Below are positions 19,051 through 27,873 of a DNA stretch of 36,110 bases, one piece after another; the first letter of the stretch is position 1, and every line of letters starts with the position of its first letter. A model generated the notes under the pieces. It had not been told where the DNA came from and did no database searches. It was given only the letters and a program-made list of their open reading frames with translations. A program made the position numbers and the translations under genes. The stretch is from IMG/VR virus record IMGVR_UViG_2585427735_000020; one strand, written 5' to 3'. This stretch comes from a virus (lineage: Duplodnaviria > Heunggongvirae > Uroviricota > Caudoviricetes).

Positions 19051-19686
19051 ATGAACACTCTCGCAAATATTCAGGAACTCGCGCGCGCACTGCGCAACAT
19101 GATCCGCACCGGCATTATCGTTGAAACCAACCTTAACGCCGGTCGCTGCCGTGTGCAGACCGGCGGCATGTGCACCGACTGGCTTCAGTGGCTGACCCAT
19201 CGCGCCGGACGTTCGCGCACATGGTGGGCACCTTCCGTGGGGGAACAGGTGCTGATTCTGGCCGTGGGCGGTGAACTCGACACGGCGTTCGTTCTGCCGG
19301 GGATTTATTCCGGCGATAACCCTGCGCCGTCTGCGTCGGCTGATGCCCTGCATATCCGTTTCCCTGACGGGGCGGTGATTGAGTATGAACCCGAAACCAG
19401 TGCACTCACGGTAAGCGGAATTAAAACGGCCAGCGTGACGGCTTCTGATTCTGTTACTGCCACGGTACCGGTGGTCACGGTGAAAGCGTCAACCCGTGTC
19501 ACCCTGGACACACCGGAAGTGGTCTGCACTAACAAACTGACTACCGGCACGCTGGAAGTGCAGAAGGGCGGGACGATGCGCGGCAACATTGAACACACCG
19601 GCGGTGAACTCTCATCAAACGGTAAGGTACTGCATACCCATAAACACCCCGGCGACAGCGGCGGCATAACCGGGAGTCCTTTATGA
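19051..19686 (+). CDS. V: Baseplate spike/hub protein gpV, 211 aa
   Basis: 211 aa; P2 order. Confidence 0.85.
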   Translation: MNTLANIQELARALRNMIRTGIIVETNLNAGRCRVQTGGMCTDWLQWLTHRAGRSRTWWAPSVGEQVLILAVGGELDTAFVLPGIYSGDNPAPSASADALHIRFPDGAVIEYEPETSALTVSGIKTASVTASDSVTATVPVVTVKASTRVTLDTPEVVCTNKLTTGTLEVQKGGTMRGNIEHTGGELSSNGKVLHTHKHPGDSGGITGSPL

Positions 19687-20030
19687 CAGCACGTTATCTC
19701 GGAATGAATCGCAGTGATGGCCTGACTGTCACTGACCTTGAGCATATCAGCCAGAGTATCGGCGATATCCTGCGCACACCGGTCGGCTCACGGGTGATGC
19801 GTCGTGATTACGGCTCGTTGCTGGCATCAATGATTGACCAGCCGCAGACCCCGGCGCTTGAGTTGCAGATTAAGGTTGCCTGTTACATGGCGGTGCTGAA
19901 ATGGGAACCCCGCGTCACCCTGTCATCCGTCACCACTGAGCGCAGTTTTGACGGGCGAATGACGGTCACGTTAACCGGTCAGCACAACGACACCGGCCAG
20001 CCACTTTCGTTAACCATCCCTGTGAGTTGA
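19683..20030 (+). CDS. W: Baseplate wedge protein gpW (gp25-like), 115 aa
   Basis: 115 aa; P2 order. Confidence 0.85.
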   Translation: MTARYLGMNRSDGLTVTDLEHISQSIGDILRTPVGSRVMRRDYGSLLASMIDQPQTPALELQIKVACYMAVLKWEPRVTLSSVTTERSFDGRMTVTLTGQHNDTGQPLSLTIPVS

Positions 20031-20034
20031 AACC

Positions 20035-20943
20035 ATGCCGATTATCGACCTGAACCAGCTACCTGCACCGGATGTGGTCGAGGAGCTGGACTTTGAAACC
20101 ATTCTTGCCGAACGCAAGGCGACACTGATTTCCCTTTACCCGGAAGACCAGCAGGAGGCGGTCGCCCGTACCCTGACGCTGGAATCCGAGCCTCTCGTCA
20201 AACTGCTGGAGGAAAATGCGTATCGTGAGCTTCTCTGGCGTCAGCGTGTGAATGAGGCCGCACGGGCGGTGATGCTGGCCTGTGCCGCGGGTAATGACCT
20301 TGATGTGATTGGTGCCAATTACAACACCACGCGTCTGACTATCACCCCGGCAGATGATTCGACCATCCCGCCGACACCGGCAGTGATGGAATCTGACACC
20401 GATTATCGTCTGCGTATTCAGCAGGCGTTTGAAGGTTTAAGCGTCGCCGGGTCGGTGGGTGCCTATCAGTATCATGGCCGCAGTGCCGACGGGCGTGTCG
20501 CGGATATCTCTGTCACCAGTCCGTCTCCGGCCTGCGTCACTATCTCTGTGCTGTCACGTGAAAATAACGGCGTCGCATCCGAAGACCTGCTGGCTGTGGT
20601 GCGTAACGCCCTTAATGGCGAGGACGTCAGGCCGGTGGCCGACCGCGTGACCGTGCAGTCTGCCGCCATCGTTGAATACCAGATAAACGCCACGCTTTAC
20701 CTTTACCCTGGTCCCGAAAGCGAACCCATCCGCGCTGCTGCCGTGAAAAAGCTGGAAGCGTATATCACGGCACAGCACCGGCTGGGGCGCGACATCCGTC
20801 TGTCTGCCATTTATGCCGCTTTGCATGTGGAAGGTGTGCAGCGTGTCGAACTGGCTGCACCACTGGCCGACATCGTGCTCAACAGTACGCAGGCGTCTTT
20901 CTGTACCGAATACCGCGTCGTGACCGGAGGCTCGGATGAGTGA
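20035..20943 (+). CDS. J: Baseplate protein gpJ, 302 aa
   Basis: 302 aa; P2 order. Confidence 0.85.
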   Translation: MPIIDLNQLPAPDVVEELDFETILAERKATLISLYPEDQQEAVARTLTLESEPLVKLLEENAYRELLWRQRVNEAARAVMLACAAGNDLDVIGANYNTTRLTITPADDSTIPPTPAVMESDTDYRLRIQQAFEGLSVAGSVGAYQYHGRSADGRVADISVTSPSPACVTISVLSRENNGVASEDLLAVVRNALNGEDVRPVADRVTVQSAAIVEYQINATLYLYPGPESEPIRAAAVKKLEAYITAQHRLGRDIRLSAIYAALHVEGVQRVELAAPLADIVLNSTQASFCTEYRVVTGGSDE

Positions 20944-21465
20944 TTCGCGACTGCTGCCGACCGGCTCATCACCGCTGAGGTCGCCGCCGCAAAAGCCTGT
21001 GCGGAAATTGAAAAAACGCCGGTCAGTATTCGTGAGCAGTGGAACCCGGACACCTGTCCGGCAAATCTGCTGCCGTGGCTGGCGTGGGCGTTTTCGGTCG
21101 ACAGGTGGGATGAAAAGTGGCCGGAAGCGACAAAACGCGCCGTTATCCGCGATGCGTATTTCATCCACTGTCATAAAGGCACAATAGGTGCAATCCGGCG
21201 TGTGGTGGAGCCGCTCGGCTATCTCATCAACGTGACGGAGTGGTGGGAAAACAGTGACCCGCCCGGCACCTTCCGGCTTGATATTGGTGTACTGGAAAGC
21301 GGCATCACAGAGGCAATGTATCAGGAAATGGAACGGCTGATTGCTGATGCCAAACCTGCAAGCCGCCACCTTATTGGCCTGAACATTACCCGGGACATTC
21401 CCGGCTACCTGTTCGCCGGTGGTGTGGCTTACGACGGCGATGTAATTACGGTTTACCCCGGATAA
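20936..21465 (+). pseudogene. I: Baseplate gene I with apparent -1 frameshift near the 5' end
   Basis: ATG 20936 overlaps the J stop, but the native-looking product (...EVAAAKACAEIEKTPVSIREQWNPDTCPANLLPWLAWAFSVDRWDE...VITVYPG) is in the -1 frame from about 20977 to stop 21465; the ATG frame gives an Arg-rich junk ORF; total span equals the P2 gpI length. Confidence 0.6.
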
Positions 21466-21475
21466 GTGAGGAATA

Positions 21476-23794
21476 ATGAGCACAAAATTCAGAACCGTTA
21501 TCACCACTGCCGGTGCAGCAAAGCTGGCAGCGGCAACCGCACCGGGAGGGCGGAAGGTCAACATTACCACGATGGCCGTCGGGGATGGCGGTGGTAAATT
21601 GCCTGTCCCGGATGCCGGACAGACCGGGCTTATCCACGAAGTCTGGCGACATGCGCTGAACAAAATCAGCCAGGACAAACGAAACAGTAATTATATTATC
21701 GCAGAGCTGGTTATTCCGCCGGAGGTGGGCGGTTTCTGGATGCGTGAGCTTGGCCTGTACGATGATGCGGGAACGTTAATTGCTGTGGCGAACATGGCCG
21801 AAAGTTATAAGCCAGCTCTTGCCGAAGGCTCAGGGCGTTCGCAGACCTGCCGTATGGTCATCATCGTCAGCAGTGTGACCTCAGTGGCGCTGACCATTGA
21901 CACCACAACGGTGATGGCGACGCAGGATTACGTTGATGACAAAATTGCAGAGCATGAACAGTCACGACGTCACCCGGACGCCTCGCTGACCGCAAAAGGT
22001 TTTACTCAGTTAAGCAATGCGACCAACAGCACGTCTGAAACACTGGCCGCAACGCCGAAAGCGGTAAAGGCCGCGTATGATCTTGCTAACGGGAAATACA
22101 CTGCGCAGGATGCCACCACAGCGCGAAAAGGTCTTGTCCAGCTCAGTAGCGCCACCAACAGCACGTCTGAAACGCTCGCCGCAACACCAAAAGCGGTAAA
22201 GGCAGCATATGACCTTGCTAACGGGAAATACACTGCACAGGACGCCACCACAGCGCGAAAAGGTCTTGTCCAGCTCAGTAGCGCCACCAACAGCGATTCT
22301 GAAACGCTTGCGGCAACGCCAAAGGCGGTTAAGACAGCGTATGACCTTGCTAACGGGAAATACACTGCACAGGACGCCACCACGGCGCGGAAAGGTCTTG
22401 TCCAGCTCAGTAGCGCCACCAACAGTGATTCTGAAACGCTGGCCGCAACATCAAAAGCGGTGAAGTCTGCCTATGACAATGCTGAAAAACGTCTTCAGAA
22501 AGATCAGAACGGTGCGGATATTCCGGGAAAGGATACCTTCACGAAAAATATCGGTGCCTGTCGTGCTTATAGCGGCGCTTTGAGCACTGAAGCCGGAAAC
22601 TGGACAACCGCTCAGTTTATTGAATGGCTGGATTCCCGTGGTGCATTTAATCATCCGTACTGGATGTGCAAAGGCTCATGGTCATATGCAAATAACAAAA
22701 TCATTACGGATACCGGATGTGGTGATATCCACCTGGATGGTTGTGTCGTCGAGGTCATGGGAACTAAATCTGCAATCACTATCCGAGTGACCACGCCGAC
22801 AACATCAAGTGGTGGCGGTACAACCAGCGCGCAATTCACTTACATTAATCATGGGGACGGCTACTCCCCCGGCTGGCGTCGTGACTGGAATCGTCAGGGC
22901 GACTCAATGACCGGAACGATTAATCAGGATGGCGGAAGCCAGAATGCCTATATGTCTACGGCCTTATGTTCAGGCACCAGAGGCGGCAAAAAATATCTCA
23001 GAAAGTTTCGTGGTGGAGAAGGAGACACTATCTGGCATGAAACAGTACAGGGCGGGGTAGTTCGCTGGGCGACTGGTAATACTGATGCTCAGGAAGAATT
23101 ATCACTCAGCTCCGCTTATGGTCTCCGTTCAAGAGGTGAGATTACATCACTCAGTGCTAATGGTCTGCGCATTGCTTATGGCAATTATGGTTTCTTTATC
23201 AGGAATGATGGCAGCAGCACTTATTTTATGTTGACTAAATCAGGTGACAGATTAGGCAGTTATAATAATTTAAGACCGCTGATTATAAATGATGCCACGG
23301 GTGCTGTATCAATGGGGCATGGCCTGAATGTTACTGGTGATATTGTCTCAAGTACCAAAGTACGTGCCGGTAGCGGGAAAAAATTCACGGTCAGCAGCAG
23401 TAATACATCCACGAAGGAAGCCGCATTCAATTTGTGGGGAAACTCAAGTCGTCCGGTGGTGGCTGAATTAGGTGATGATGCAGGCTGGCATTTTTACAGT
23501 CAGAGAAATACAGATAACAGCATCACTTTTGCTGTTAACGGGCAGGTATCACCATCTAACTATGGCAACTTTGATTCACGCTATGTCCGGGATATCCGGC
23601 TTGGTGGTGCTGCCACATACAAACCTGCGAACAATGGCATGACATGGACACATCAGGCACCGTCCGGGTGTGTATATTCCGGCATTATTGTTCAGGATAC
23701 CGGCTCAAACTCTGCCGATAACATTGGTGGCATATATTACAGACCGGTGCAGAAATACATTAACGGGACATGGTATAACGTGGCGCAGGTATAA
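21476..23794 (+). CDS. H: Tail fibre protein gpH, 772 aa, with internal tandem repeats
   Basis: Conserved N-terminal tail-fibre region, then 132-nt repeats, then a lower-GC C-terminal receptor-binding region. Confidence 0.85.
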   Translation: MSTKFRTVITTAGAAKLAAATAPGGRKVNITTMAVGDGGGKLPVPDAGQTGLIHEVWRHALNKISQDKRNSNYIIAELVIPPEVGGFWMRELGLYDDAGTLIAVANMAESYKPALAEGSGRSQTCRMVIIVSSVTSVALTIDTTTVMATQDYVDDKIAEHEQSRRHPDASLTAKGFTQLSNATNSTSETLAATPKAVKAAYDLANGKYTAQDATTARKGLVQLSSATNSTSETLAATPKAVKAAYDLANGKYTAQDATTARKGLVQLSSATNSDSETLAATPKAVKTAYDLANGKYTAQDATTARKGLVQLSSATNSDSETLAATSKAVKSAYDNAEKRLQKDQNGADIPGKDTFTKNIGACRAYSGALSTEAGNWTTAQFIEWLDSRGAFNHPYWMCKGSWSYANNKIITDTGCGDIHLDGCVVEVMGTKSAITIRVTTPTTSSGGGTTSAQFTYINHGDGYSPGWRRDWNRQGDSMTGTINQDGGSQNAYMSTALCSGTRGGKKYLRKFRGGEGDTIWHETVQGGVVRWATGNTDAQEELSLSSAYGLRSRGEITSLSANGLRIAYGNYGFFIRNDGSSTYFMLTKSGDRLGSYNNLRPLIINDATGAVSMGHGLNVTGDIVSSTKVRAGSGKKFTVSSSNTSTKEAAFNLWGNSSRPVVAELGDDAGWHFYSQRNTDNSITFAVNGQVSPSNYGNFDSRYVRDIRLGGAATYKPANNGMTWTHQAPSGCVYSGIIVQDTGSNSADNIGGIYYRPVQKYINGTWYNVAQV
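21995..22500 (+). repeat. In-frame tandem repeat inside H: 132-nt (44-aa) unit, about 3.7 copies
   Basis: Units start at 21995, 22127, 22259, 22391; unit is KGLVQLSSATNS(T/D)SETLAATPKAVKAAYDLANGKYTAQDATTAR. Confidence 0.85.
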
Positions 23795-23797
23795 TTT

Positions 23798-24325
23798 ATG
23801 CAGCATTTGATAAATATAACGGTGGGTAATCCAAAAACGGTTGAACAATATCAATTGACAAAGGACTTTGATGTTGTCTGGTTTTTTTCAGAAGATGGTA
23901 AGAACTGGTACGAAGAACAAAAGTATTTTGCTGATGACACGATAAAAATAGCGTACGACAAAGATAATATTATCCGCTATGTGGAAAAGGATGTGACAGC
24001 TATCAGACCAGATGGATTAAGTGTGGTTGAAGTGGCGGATATTACTGCTAACCGACGGGCGGACATTTCAGGGAACTGGATGTTTAAGGACGGCAAAGTG
24101 ATTAAACGCATTTATACGGCAGAGGAATTGCAGCAGCAGGCAGAAAACCGGAAAGCCAGACTTCTTGCAGATGCTGAATCCGTGATTTTGCCACTGGAGC
24201 GCGCTGTCAGGCTGAACATGGCAACAGATGAGGAGCGTAGCCGACTGGAAGCATGGGAACGCTACAGTGTTCTGGTCAGCCGTGTGGATCCTGCAAATCC
24301 TGAATGGCCGGAAATGCCGCAATAA
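23798..24325 (+). CDS. G: Tail fibre assembly chaperone gpG, 175 aa
   Basis: 175 aa immediately after H. Confidence 0.8.
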   Translation: MQHLINITVGNPKTVEQYQLTKDFDVVWFFSEDGKNWYEEQKYFADDTIKIAYDKDNIIRYVEKDVTAIRPDGLSVVEVADITANRRADISGNWMFKDGKVIKRIYTAEELQQQAENRKARLLADAESVILPLERAVRLNMATDEERSRLEAWERYSVLVSRVDPANPEWPEMPQ

Positions 24326-24360
24326 GTTGTATAAGCTCTGGTGTGAGATTACATATCTAT

Positions 24361-24410
24361 GGCACAGAGTAAAGCCTAATCTGACAGTCCGCTCTGTGCC
24401 AAGAGCGGAC
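24361..24410 (+). terminator. Two overlapping, mutually exclusive 9-bp hairpins downstream of G (possible terminator)
   Basis: GGCACAGAG(24361..24369)/CTCTGTGCC(24392..24400) and GTCCGCTCT(24387..24395)/AGAGCGGAC(24402..24410); no clear U-tract. Confidence 0.3.
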
Positions 24411-24734
24411 GTTACTACTACTCGACCTAAAGTAAAGTAATTGTACTCATTAAATAGTGGTAATTGGGTCTGGTGCTTAATCGAACGAAATCTCATGTTA
24501 GGCGAAAAAAACGTCTGAAAAATCGATTAACACATACACCTGTGTACTATGGCCGTTATTCAATTTAAAAGGAACCATTTCCGATATGATTCACTGTCCA
24601 TAATGTTTTGATTTATTAAAAAAGAGCCTTAGAGTGTGAAACCATTACGTTGAGTGGCGAACACCATTAATAAATTCTGCTTATACTTACAGCATATATT
24701 ATGTTCACGTCATATAACCATGGCAAATAAGATA

Positions 24735-24763
24735 TTGCACATCAAGCATGATTATGATAGTGA
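24735..24763 (+). promoter_or_regulatory. Candidate sigma70-like promoter for the first cargo-2 gene
   Basis: TTGCAC (24735..24740) with TATGAT/TAGTGA-like hexamers 13-18 bp downstream in an AT-rich intergenic region; weak. Confidence 0.2.
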
Positions 24764-24800
24764 TTACAAAAATGAAGAATCTTAGATAAAGGATTAGTAA

Positions 24801-25736
24801 GTGGTTACATATAATTCAATGTTGTTACCCCCCCCTAAATCTTGGGACGAATTTGAGGATATGTGCAAAAGTTCATTCCAACTGCGATGGTCCAATCCTA
24901 ATCTGAACAGACATGGACGGTCAGGGCAGCGGCAGGATGGAGTTGATGTATATGGTGATGACTCTCTTGGGCGTTTCGTTGGAATTCAGTGTAAAAATAC
25001 AGTATCAGGAATCAGTACGGCGACAATCGATGATGAATTACTCAAGGCTGAAAAATTTCGCCCAAAAATTACGGTTCTTTACATCGCTACGACAGCGCCC
25101 AGGGATGTTAGCATTCAGCGCTATGTAAGAACACTCAATGATGCCAGACAATTAAAAGGCCTGTTTCCTGTCGATGTGGTTTTCTGGGAGGATATTAGCT
25201 TTGATTTAAGCAAAGACCCAGCTGTACTCAAAATGTACTACCCGCAAATGTTCGAACGACACCAACCGACGAGGGAAGAATTTTTGCGCAAGAGAGATAT
25301 CTCAAATTTGTCGACATTGTTGAATGTTATTGATTTTCATTCAACAATAGACCATTTGCAGTGGGGCGCAAAATACATTCATTCATTAATTATTGAAGAA
25401 TACGATAATATTTTGAACATTTTAAACTCACCTGTTTTTCAACTGAATGATACAGCTTTAAAGAATGTTACAATTGATTTTGCAACGGCCTGGCGTGATC
25501 TAATTATCTTGTTTAGAAAAGCTCCATATAATTATTCAGCACCAAATGATACTTTTAGTTTTATAAATCCCGGTGACCACTGTCGAAATCAGGAGGAAAG
25601 CGATTTATACGACGAAATCACGCATAGCATGAGTAATCTCAAAGATAAAATTAGTACTTTTTGTGACTTTATAAATAATCACTACCATGAAATAAACTTA
25701 ACCGAAACGAGCGCGCAAGCCAGGAAATATTATTAA
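24801..25736 (+). CDS. Cargo protein, 311 aa: Mrr-type PD-(D/E)xK restriction-endonuclease-like N-terminal domain + uncharacterised C-terminal domain
   Basis: GTG start 7 nt after AAAGGA; FEDM...RHGRSGQRQDGVDVYGDD...GRFVGIQCKNT (nt about 24912..24998) resembles the Mrr catalytic core (D...D...QxK); AT-rich, between G and FI. Confidence 0.55.
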   Translation: MVTYNSMLLPPPKSWDEFEDMCKSSFQLRWSNPNLNRHGRSGQRQDGVDVYGDDSLGRFVGIQCKNTVSGISTATIDDELLKAEKFRPKITVLYIATTAPRDVSIQRYVRTLNDARQLKGLFPVDVVFWEDISFDLSKDPAVLKMYYPQMFERHQPTREEFLRKRDISNLSTLLNVIDFHSTIDHLQWGAKYIHSLIIEEYDNILNILNSPVFQLNDTALKNVTIDFATAWRDLIILFRKAPYNYSAPNDTFSFINPGDHCRNQEESDLYDEITHSMSNLKDKISTFCDFINNHYHEINLTETSAQARKYY

Positions 25737-26518
25737 TACTTTTTTCTTAAGGGCTGCACTCATGGCCCTTAACACCGTTAGACTGTCATATTTTGCAATC
25801 GATACGCAGTTAGGTACTTTCTTGAAGTCCGTTCCTCGCTCATAGCTGACATTCAGCTCAATTAAATCGTCCACTTCGCTCCAACAGAAGGCGTAGCTAA
25901 TCATACTGTGTATTAAAGAAAGGAGAAACGATCATGTTGAGTACAAAAAACACGAAAGACCATGATAAGGAAAATATGCGTAGAGTGACTTAGTTTATTG
26001 ATTTAAATAATATTTATGGGGGTAAGTGCTTTGAATAAAAAAACAAAAATTGAGAAGATTTAGCTAGTGCCAAAATAATTTGGACACCGCCCGTCATCAG
26101 ACCCGCTACTACACTTATCACCCCAGCCCAAAAAGTTTCAATGAAACAAGATACATATAGTAGTACAACATGGCGGAATAATTTACTCATAGGCTTCTCC
26201 TTACTGACGTAATCGTTAAGTAACGTTGAGGTAACGGATAAATGCGACTATTGGGAGAGCTGTGATGAGAATTGTAGGCATAGGAATCGAACCTATGGAT
26301 GCACTAGCTAAATTCACTCTTCACGAATTATACAGCATTGTAGTGAGTTTGTAAATACACGCCCCAAAAGTCAATCAGTCCGATCCATGAATGTTGTGTC
26401 AGTACTACTAAAGTTAAACATGCTAAAATAGGTTCCCAATATTCGTGGGTACAATCACTATCTGTGTAACTGGCGGAAGCGCTGGCATAACGACGATGCC
26501 TATTCGGGGGGCTTTAAT

Positions 26519-27385
26519 ATGGTCCGTTTTAACTTACTAGAAAATGCGTTGGATTCAGTGGAAACCGGGCTGGACTACTTTAACAAAGCGCTAGAAGGGC
26601 ATGATCGACGTGACTACAAACAGTGCCTGCTTAACCTCTTTCAGGCCGCTGAGCTATTGTTGAAGGCCGTAGTTTCGCGCAATGGGTCTGGAGCGATTTT
26701 TAATCCAGCATCGCTTCAAGAAAAATGTGTGGATCCGGCGCATCCAACCGAGTCAGAATTACACCAGTGTAAATCTGTCAACGTCAACCAGCTTTGTAAG
26801 CTGTTAAAGACATATTACCCAGCCGAATTTTCTGAATCTGCATTACAAATGATGAAAACGGTGGGTCAGTTGCGTAATAACCTTCAGCATTTTGCCCTTG
26901 AGGTTCGTCCGCAAGAACTGGCAATGCAACTGAGTGAACTGTACCAACAAATTTTTCGTCCCGCATTCGTCATAATTCAGTCAGATGAGACCGAAAATTC
27001 ATGGAACTCTGATTTACGTCAAGACATCATCGCTCTTGAGCAACAATTCCTTGATATAACTGTTAACCAGGAATACACCCTTGCACTTTGTCCCGTTTGT
27101 GAGAGTTTTTCACATTTTATCCTTTACCAAGGTGAAAGCTTTCCGGCACGGACTCACTGTATCTGTTGTGGTTTCAGCCTGAATAATCTGCAAACTTGGG
27201 ATTTTCAGGAATGTCCTGAATGTAGTGTCCCATCCGTAATTTATTTACCGGAACAAAGGGTCGGTGTCTGTCTCTGGTATAAATGTGAATACAGCAAGAT
27301 GGATGGTTTTGTTCCTATGGAGCCTTGTGAATGTGGTGCATTCCGGATGGAAGGTCATTGCAGTAACTGCGATCTTGAGGAATAG
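26519..27385 (+). CDS. Cargo protein, 288 aa: HEPN-like helical N-terminal domain (Rx4H) + C-terminal multi zinc-ribbon domain
   Basis: ATG 26519 after a G-rich SD; LRNNLQH at 26873..26890; CPVC, CICC, CPEC, Cx4C, CEC, CSNC pairs across 27089..27370. Confidence 0.55.
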   Translation: MVRFNLLENALDSVETGLDYFNKALEGHDRRDYKQCLLNLFQAAELLLKAVVSRNGSGAIFNPASLQEKCVDPAHPTESELHQCKSVNVNQLCKLLKTYYPAEFSESALQMMKTVGQLRNNLQHFALEVRPQELAMQLSELYQQIFRPAFVIIQSDETENSWNSDLRQDIIALEQQFLDITVNQEYTLALCPVCESFSHFILYQGESFPARTHCICCGFSLNNLQTWDFQECPECSVPSVIYLPEQRVGVCLWYKCEYSKMDGFVPMEPCECGAFRMEGHCSNCDLEE

Positions 27386-27747
27386 TAAAATCGTCCGATG
27401 AGAATGTACAGCAGCCTGGTCGATGATTTCTTGATGAATCGCTGAATTATCCGGTATTACTTGACAACTAAATCGCACATTTCTGTTTCTGGCAATTTGA
27501 AAGGTTTACTCTATGCCCCAGAATTCAGCACATACATAAAAACACCATTTCAGAACGCGTCTTGATCCAAAGAACGACTGTATGATAGATAGGCGTCGTC
27601 GTGAGGACAGGAATGATCTACCCCCCGTTATTCATACAGAATGCTGTTAGTAATGTCCGCAGATCGCTCAAAGCAGACTGTCAGATTTGATAGCGTTTGG
27701 GCTATGTAAGTAGCCAGTTGGAGAATGAGTGAGTGCAAATCAGGACT

Positions 27748-27789
27748 GGCGGGGGGAATGGCCGCCCTTTTTTTTTTTTTTTTTTTTTT
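27748..27789 (+). terminator. GC hairpin followed by a 22-nt poly(T) tract (terminator-like, at the cargo-2 / late-operon boundary)
   Basis: GGCGG (27748..27752), 9-nt loop, CCGCC (27762..27766), then T x22 (27768..27789). Confidence 0.45.
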
Positions 27790-27873
27790 ATCCACTGACC
27801 AGCCAGGTCAAATAGCGTCTCATGCACTGCCCAACAGAAAATAGTTGCACCCATTAACCACGGAGTTAAACGG

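Noticed and set aside
20554-21678. Minus-strand ORF of 374 aa across J/I
   Set aside because: Antisense to conserved baseplate genes in GC-rich DNA, with an Arg/Pro/Ala-rich low-complexity product; spurious.
22006-22422. Minus-strand ORF of 138 aa with internally repeated sequence
   Set aside because: It is the antisense reading of the 132-nt tandem repeat inside H, not a gene.
21995-22500. Possible CRISPR array, given the regular direct repeats
   Set aside because: The repeats are 132 nt, contiguous with no spacers and in frame within a tail fibre gene; no cas genes in the window.
25698-25904. 68-aa minus-strand ORF at the end of the Mrr-like gene
   Set aside because: Overlaps the 3' end of the better-supported plus-strand gene and has no ribosome-binding site.
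26014-26190. Apparent small hydrophobic ORF on the minus strand with a GGAGAA SD (ATG at 26190)
   Set aside because: Careful re-translation shows an in-frame TGA after 17 codons; my first reading of a 58-aa membrane protein was a transcription error.
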